From an uncultured Acidobacteriota bacterium (GTDB lineage Bacteria; Acidobacteriota; Terriglobia; UBA7540), in the NCBI GenBank assembly GCA_963804995.1, contig CAWDSK010000001.1, forward strand, positions 576,001 through 640,000: a stretch of DNA of 64,000 bases. Direction: 5' to 3'. How positions within the stretch are numbered: the stretch's first letter is position 1; every line of letters starts with the position of its first letter. Under the pieces are notes generated by a model. The model made no database searches, was not told where the DNA came from, and saw nothing but the letters and a program-made list of their open reading frames with translations. Shown piece after piece: positions 59,075-64,000 of the stretch. Both the position numbers and the translations under genes were made by a program.

Positions 59075-60784
59075 TCAGGAAACATTCTCTTGAAAATAGG
59101 CGTTGGAGATGTACTGTGACACCATCCTTTGGGTGTTGAAGAACGACCCGTTGATGGCGATGGCGGAACGCATGACCGTGGCATAAGCCCTGGGCCGGCC
59201 ATAGAACATGGGGAGGATGACCGTTTCCAACTTTGCGTAAAGCGAATTCTCCTCCGCATCCTGGTTCTCCATGGTTTCAGTCCCGTGACCGATCGCCCAG
59301 CCCGTGATGCCTTCGATGCAACCCTCCACCCACCAGCCGTCCAGAATACTCAAACTCGGAACGCCATTGAGGGCAGCTTTCATGCCGCTCGTGCCGGAGG
59401 CCTCTTGGGGGCGCTTGGGTGTGTTCAGCCACAGATCCACCCCACTGTACAGAAGCGGCGCCCACGTCCAATTGTAGTCGGGTACATAGACAATCTTGAC
59501 GGCGTCTTTCAAAGTATCGGCCGCCTGGAAGATGCGGCGGATGACGTCCTTGCCGCCACCATCCGCGGGATGCGCCTTGCCGCCGTAGACGACCTGAAGG
59601 GGCCCTACATTCTGGGCAATCCATTTTAAATGGTCGGCCTTCGAAAACAGCAAGTCGGCGCGCTTATAAGTGGCGGCACGGCGGGCGAATCCGATGGTCA
59701 TGACCTTGTCGTCCAATTGGACTCCCGTACGTTTTTGAACTTCTGCCATCAGCGCCCGCTTAGCCAGGGCGTGGGCCTTCAAAATTTCCTCAGCAGGGAT
59801 GCCGATCGCATAGCGCAAATAGAGGTTATCCCTTCGCCATTCCGGCATGTAACGGTCGAAGAGATCGCGCAAGGGAGGCGTGGTCCAGGTGAGCCCGTGG
59901 ACTCCGTTGGTGATGGCTCGTACGGAGTACTGCGGGAACATATGGCGCGAGACTTCCCCATGTTGCATGGCGACGCCGTTCACATACCGGGATCCGATGA
60001 GCGCCAGGTACGTCATGTTCAAATGTCCGTCCAGGCACGCGCCATGGGCGATGAGGGCGGCGGTGCGGTCCTCACCCAACACCTGGCGAACCATGTCGAT
60101 GCTGAACTGGTCATGGCCGGCCGGAACCGGAGTGTGCGTCGTAAACACACACTTGTGCCGGACGTCGATAACATCCTCCGGCCGCGTGTCGCGCACGTTG
60201 CGCCCCGCCAAGCGCTGTTCAATCAGGGCCAACACCAGCAACGCGGCGTGGCCTTCGTTCATGTGATAGCTCGAGATGTGGTGGTGGCCCAGCTTCGGCA
60301 GGATGGCGACGCCTCCCATGCCCAGCAGGACTTCCTGGCACAGCCGGTAGTGGATGTCTCCGCCATAGAGATAATCCGTGAGCGTCTGGTCCCAAGGGGA
60401 ATTGTCGGGCAGAGCCGTGTCAAGCAGGTAGACCGGCAGCACGTCCCCGCCAATGCCTTCCACCAGGTATCGCCAGGCGCGCAGCTTGACCTCGCGTCCC
60501 TCAATGTTCACCGTAACCACGGGCTTCATCAGTTCCAACTTTTCCTCGGGATTCCACTGGACTGGCGACTCCGATTGGTTGCCGTGGCCGTCCAAATGTT
60601 GCGAGAAATAGCCCTTGCGATGGAGGAGGGTGACGGCCACCATGCGGGCTCCAATATCCGCGGCGGAGCGCAGCGTGTCTCCGGCCAGCACTCCCAGGCC
60701 CCCACTGTAGGTCGGAACGGCAGGGTCGAGAGCAATTTCCATCGAGAAATAAGCAACGCGCGAAGGAGAAACAGGTGGAATCAT
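59075..60784 (-). CDS. glgP: Alpha-glucan (glycogen) phosphorylase
   Basis: AYFSME, YSGGLGVLAGD, HMNEGH, FTTHTPVPAGHD, FARRAATYKR, EASGTSGMKAALNG. Confidence 0.95.
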   Translation of the reverse strand: MIPPVSPSRVAYFSMEIALDPAVPTYSGGLGVLAGDTLRSAADIGARMVAVTLLHRKGYFSQHLDGHGNQSESPVQWNPEEKLELMKPVVTVNIEGREVKLRAWRYLVEGIGGDVLPVYLLDTALPDNSPWDQTLTDYLYGGDIHYRLCQEVLLGMGGVAILPKLGHHHISSYHMNEGHAALLVLALIEQRLAGRNVRDTRPEDVIDVRHKCVFTTHTPVPAGHDQFSIDMVRQVLGEDRTAALIAHGACLDGHLNMTYLALIGSRYVNGVAMQHGEVSRHMFPQYSVRAITNGVHGLTWTTPPLRDLFDRYMPEWRRDNLYLRYAIGIPAEEILKAHALAKRALMAEVQKRTGVQLDDKVMTIGFARRAATYKRADLLFSKADHLKWIAQNVGPLQVVYGGKAHPADGGGKDVIRRIFQAADTLKDAVKIVYVPDYNWTWAPLLYSGVDLWLNTPKRPQEASGTSGMKAALNGVPSLSILDGWWVEGCIEGITGWAIGHGTETMENQDAEENSLYAKLETVILPMFYGRPRAYATVMRSAIAINGSFFNTQRMVSQYISNAYFQENVS

Positions 60785-61084
60785 GGCAACCTCGCTTTAA
60801 TAGTCTCAAACGTAGCGGACTTTCCCGGCCTCATCCTCGGGCACAGCTCAAACCCCAGAACGGTAGTCAGCAAAACCACAGTCAATCAGAGAGAGTTCGC
60901 CTCGCGAATCCTCACCTTCCTTATCGGCCTGACGGCGAAACAGGATGAGGGAGAATTAAATCCTTCCAGATAGTTTCGTTGGTTTAGTCCGGGTTTTTCA
61001 TCAAAGAAGGGAACAAAGGGGCTCAAACCCCGCACTTCCGACCGTTCGAAGAAAACACTTCGGCGTGCTGGGAAATCCCACCCT

Positions 61085-61207
61085 AGCAGGCTGTTGAAAA
61101 ACCCTCACGGTGCGAGGTAGCGGCGGGTTTACCCCGCCATATCGCCAACGATTTCAACAGCGGATGGCGGGGTAAACCCGCCGCTACATCGTCTTTCATC
61201 AGCCTGC
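61085..61207. repeat. REPIN-like nested palindrome (possible terminator role)
   Basis: GCAGGCTGTTGAAA...TTTCATCAGCCTGC enclosing GTAGCGGCGGGTTTACCCCGCCAT and its reverse complement; a half-copy is at ~49679. Confidence 0.7.
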
Positions 61208-62934
61208 TAGAGGCCATCGTTCACGGCCAACAGGGCGGGCACACCGGAGTTGCTGATGACCAGGTATATCATGCTGGTATAGGAGTTGACGGCCATGGTG
61301 GCGCTAGAGTCGCCGGCCGAAAGGGGCATGCTGCCCAGGAGTGCATTCGTTCCACCGTCAAAAACTTTGAGCGCTGGCGGGGAGGAAGAGTTGTCAACAA
61401 TGTACACGCGATTGCGTATGGGATTGACCGCAATCGGTCCGGGGCTGGAGACGGGGAGTGTGGCAAGGACCGCCTCAGTATTTCCGTCAATCACCTCGAC
61501 GCCGCTTCCCGAGAGGGGTGGGCCATACAGCCGATTGCTGCGGGGATTGACGGCACTGACCACCGCGGAGAACGGAACGCTCGAGCGGGTCAGTCCGTCG
61601 GCGGCAACTTTCCCCTCTCCTCCCGGACCCGCGAAGACGTAAGCCACGTGAGTGGCGGGGTTGACAATGATTTTGCTCATCACGCCGCCCGACCCGATTT
61701 CCGCGCTGGTCAGGGTATCGGCGCTGCCATCAATCCGAAAGACGGGGTCATTGTTTGCGCCGCACTGTGCCCCGCCCCAAACCAGGTTGCGGCTGGAGTC
61801 CACGGTGGTCTCGACCGGGCAGCCAAATCCCTGGACGGTGGTTATCAAATGGCCGTCCACGGAGCTGTAAACGTAGATCAAGCCGCCGTAAACGCCCGCG
61901 GCGTAAATCTTGCCGGTAGCGGGATTCACATGGGCGCCCGACCCCGTTCCCAGCGTCGAGATAACCCGATTGGTGTTGCCGTCAATCATCGCCACCTGTT
62001 GTCCGGCGGAGGCGCCGCCACTGGTAAATACCTTATTGGTATTCGGATCGACATCGACGTAGATGGCAGCACTTGCGGGGAGCCCGGTACGTGCGACGGT
62101 AAGCATAGCGCGGGACGATGGAACGCCACCTTCGCCAAGCAGGGTGCCCGTGGCGGTGATGCCCTCACCGGACCAATCCCAGCCGAGAGAGTTGCCCTGC
62201 AGGGTGACTTTGAGCGTTCCCCCGTCGACGCAGTTGTCCTTACCGTAGGTGATATGTTCCGTATACGAAAGGGTGGAACCTTCAAACCCCCGGAACTCCA
62301 GGGAGCCGCCACAGGTAAACGTGGGGTAGTCAATCGTGCCACCGCTTGCGCCCTGGAGTTCCATCATCACCAGGAAGGTATGGACAACGGGCTTATCCTG
62401 CGCCACGGTGCCATGCCATTTTCCCGTTAAGAACCGGCTGGAGGGCGACGTGCCCAATTCCTCAAGAGCTGCCTTGACCGTGGACGCTTGCCCGGCCACG
62501 GCCGTGAAGGGCCGTTCGAAATCCTTCCGGCCCGCCTGGGAGATCTTGAGCATATGGTCGCCGGGCTTCAGATTCACCATCACCAGGCGTCCCTGGGAGC
62601 TGGCTTGTCCTTGAAAGTCGCCGTCGACGTAGACCAGGGCGTCGGGCGAGGTTTCAATCACCAAGCGCGCCGGCTGCGGGGCCAATTTCCGCAAGATGGC
62701 GAGCAAGTCATCCGTCACTCCGGCGGCGCGCAGCTCCTCCTCTACCTGCTGTGACAGATCAAAACTGATCCCTCGTTCGCGCACAATGTCGATCACACGG
62801 GCGGGCGGGACACCTCCCTTCAACAATTGCACGACTTCATCCTTGGAAACCGGCTTGCGCGGATCTTGCGGGCCCGCCGCGAGCGGGATGAGAATGGTAA
62901 ACAGCACCAGAACGAGGGCAAGGTTGCGCCCCAT
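61207..62934 (-). CDS. Exported PEGA-domain / YVTN-like beta-propeller protein
   Basis: Signal peptide; PEGA-like PDALVYVDG..LKPGDHMLKISQAG; repeated VNPxTxxxY..VIDGxT blades; start uncertain. Confidence 0.8.
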   Translation of the reverse strand: MGRNLALVLVLFTILIPLAAGPQDPRKPVSKDEVVQLLKGGVPPARVIDIVRERGISFDLSQQVEEELRAAGVTDDLLAILRKLAPQPARLVIETSPDALVYVDGDFQGQASSQGRLVMVNLKPGDHMLKISQAGRKDFERPFTAVAGQASTVKAALEELGTSPSSRFLTGKWHGTVAQDKPVVHTFLVMMELQGASGGTIDYPTFTCGGSLEFRGFEGSTLSYTEHITYGKDNCVDGGTLKVTLQGNSLGWDWSGEGITATGTLLGEGGVPSSRAMLTVARTGLPASAAIYVDVDPNTNKVFTSGGASAGQQVAMIDGNTNRVISTLGTGSGAHVNPATGKIYAAGVYGGLIYVYSSVDGHLITTVQGFGCPVETTVDSSRNLVWGGAQCGANNDPVFRIDGSADTLTSAEIGSGGVMSKIIVNPATHVAYVFAGPGGEGKVAADGLTRSSVPFSAVVSAVNPRSNRLYGPPLSGSGVEVIDGNTEAVLATLPVSSPGPIAVNPIRNRVYIVDNSSSPPALKVFDGGTNALLGSMPLSAGDSSATMAVNSYTSMIYLVISNSGVPALLAVNDGL

Positions 62935-63137
62935 GGTATGAACCAGAGATCCGGGATTTAGCATTTGCACTCCTACTGCGGCCAGAAAGCAGGTGGGCCC
63001 CGGCATGCCAACCGCCGGCTGCTCTGCGAGGGAAACGTGTCTCATTGCGGCGTCGGCGCGCCACAACGCATAGGATTGTACACCTTATTAACCGGACGGG
63101 AGGGAATGTTGCTAACCCCGTGCTCGGGGTGGTGGGG

Positions 63138-64000
63138 CTAATCCGTGAAAAGGGCGGGAGAGCGCGCGACGTAGCGGACCGGCTTCTTAAGCTTCGTAAT
63201 ACGGCCTTCGCGGACCCCCCTAGCGAGCCAATCCTTGATTTGCAAGGAACGTACCCGCATGTTATCGGCAAGCCATTCGTCTGTTCGAGGTTCCTTAAGG
63301 AGGATCAACATCTGTTCGATGACCAGGATGTAAGCGTCACAACAATATTGCTCTGCGGCGGCGGGCGGCGGGGTCTCTTCTGCCGGCTTGACAGTTTCCA
63401 CGGATGGCGGAACCGTTGCCTCTGTGCTTGGTTCTGCGGAAACTGGAGTGTCTTTGATGGCTTCAACCTCCTTGTCTCTGTGCTCTTGCTCTAAAGGGGA
63501 TCGCTGAGCTGACGAAGAAAAAAGTTGCCCATTCTCATCTTCCGGCGCAGTGAAAAGTGCGCGCAGATTCTCCCACGGCTCCGCAGGAAATGAGATCCCT
63601 CCCCTGCGGAGCAACCTGGGATTTCCTGGGGCCAGGGCTCCCGTGGATTTGACGAACACCTTCACACGACCGTGCTGAAGTGCCTCCGTAGCTCCCGCCC
63701 ACGTACCCCCCGTTTCGGCTGAGCTGGCCACCACCAACGCAGCATCGCCCAGGCCATAGAGCAGCTTGTTTCGGTCCATGGCCGCATAGGCGAACCATCT
63801 CGAATCCGGGTCGTAAGGAGACACCAGGGTCAATCGATCACTCACGAGGTCTGAGCGGTACTGGCCCGAAGTGGCTGTCCTGGCTAAGCCTTCCGCAAGA
63901 ACTCCCAAAGCCCAACCGCCGGACTCAGAGCACCGGACATCGCTTCGCGGTCAATCCCCTTGGCTGCCCCGGAAATAATTGCAATGCCTTCTTTCGCACA
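63138..64000 (-). CDS. dprA: DNA-processing protein DprA family (5' end outside window; apparent missing base near 63928)
   Basis: IISGAAKGIDREAM in one frame, then GVLAEGL..LVSPYDP..AMDRNKLLYGL..GGTWAGA in another. Confidence 0.85.

Noticed and set aside
1..64000. tRNA/rRNA genes, prophage, integron
   Set aside because: No cloverleaf or rRNA signatures, phage structural genes, integrase or convincing attC sites seen by eye; tRNAscan-SE and IntegronFinder would confirm

Overview
A 64-kb GC-rich bacterial chromosome segment. The gene repertoire and repeat style suggest Acidobacteriota/Terriglobia (inference only). Housekeeping genes are resB-like, mutS2, ilvBN, purF-lepB-purM-purN, tyrS, a PLP sulfur-amino-acid lyase, feoAB, glgP and dprA. 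They are interleaved with accessory DNA: three IS elements, an IS1595-derived miniature element, three PIN-toxin genes, decayed hicAB/TIR/iscS remnants, an N6-methyltransferase/nuclease locus and many GTAG-type REP/BIME/REPIN-like repeats. Four loci stand out. (1) A probable sigma54-driven cluster at 39.6-48.3 kb: two membrane-anchored GcvH-like proteins lacking the lipoyl lysine, a HybA/HybB-like electron-transfer pair with no catalytic subunit, a heme-c-motif histidine kinase, an NtrC-type regulator and an archaemetzincin protease. (2) Four-helix-bundle ('23S IVS protein' family) genes enclosed by inverted heptamer-repeat arrays at successive gene junctions of that cluster, in full, truncated and empty states. 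(3) A translationally coupled small protein / Zn-hook ABC-ATPase-HEPN / PIN operon, a candidate defence system. (4) A two-ORF IS with an AbrB-like ORF and an 18-bp target duplication inside a REP hairpin. purN and dprA carry single-base frameshifts that may be assembly errors. All calls come from reading motifs by eye; no database searches were run.
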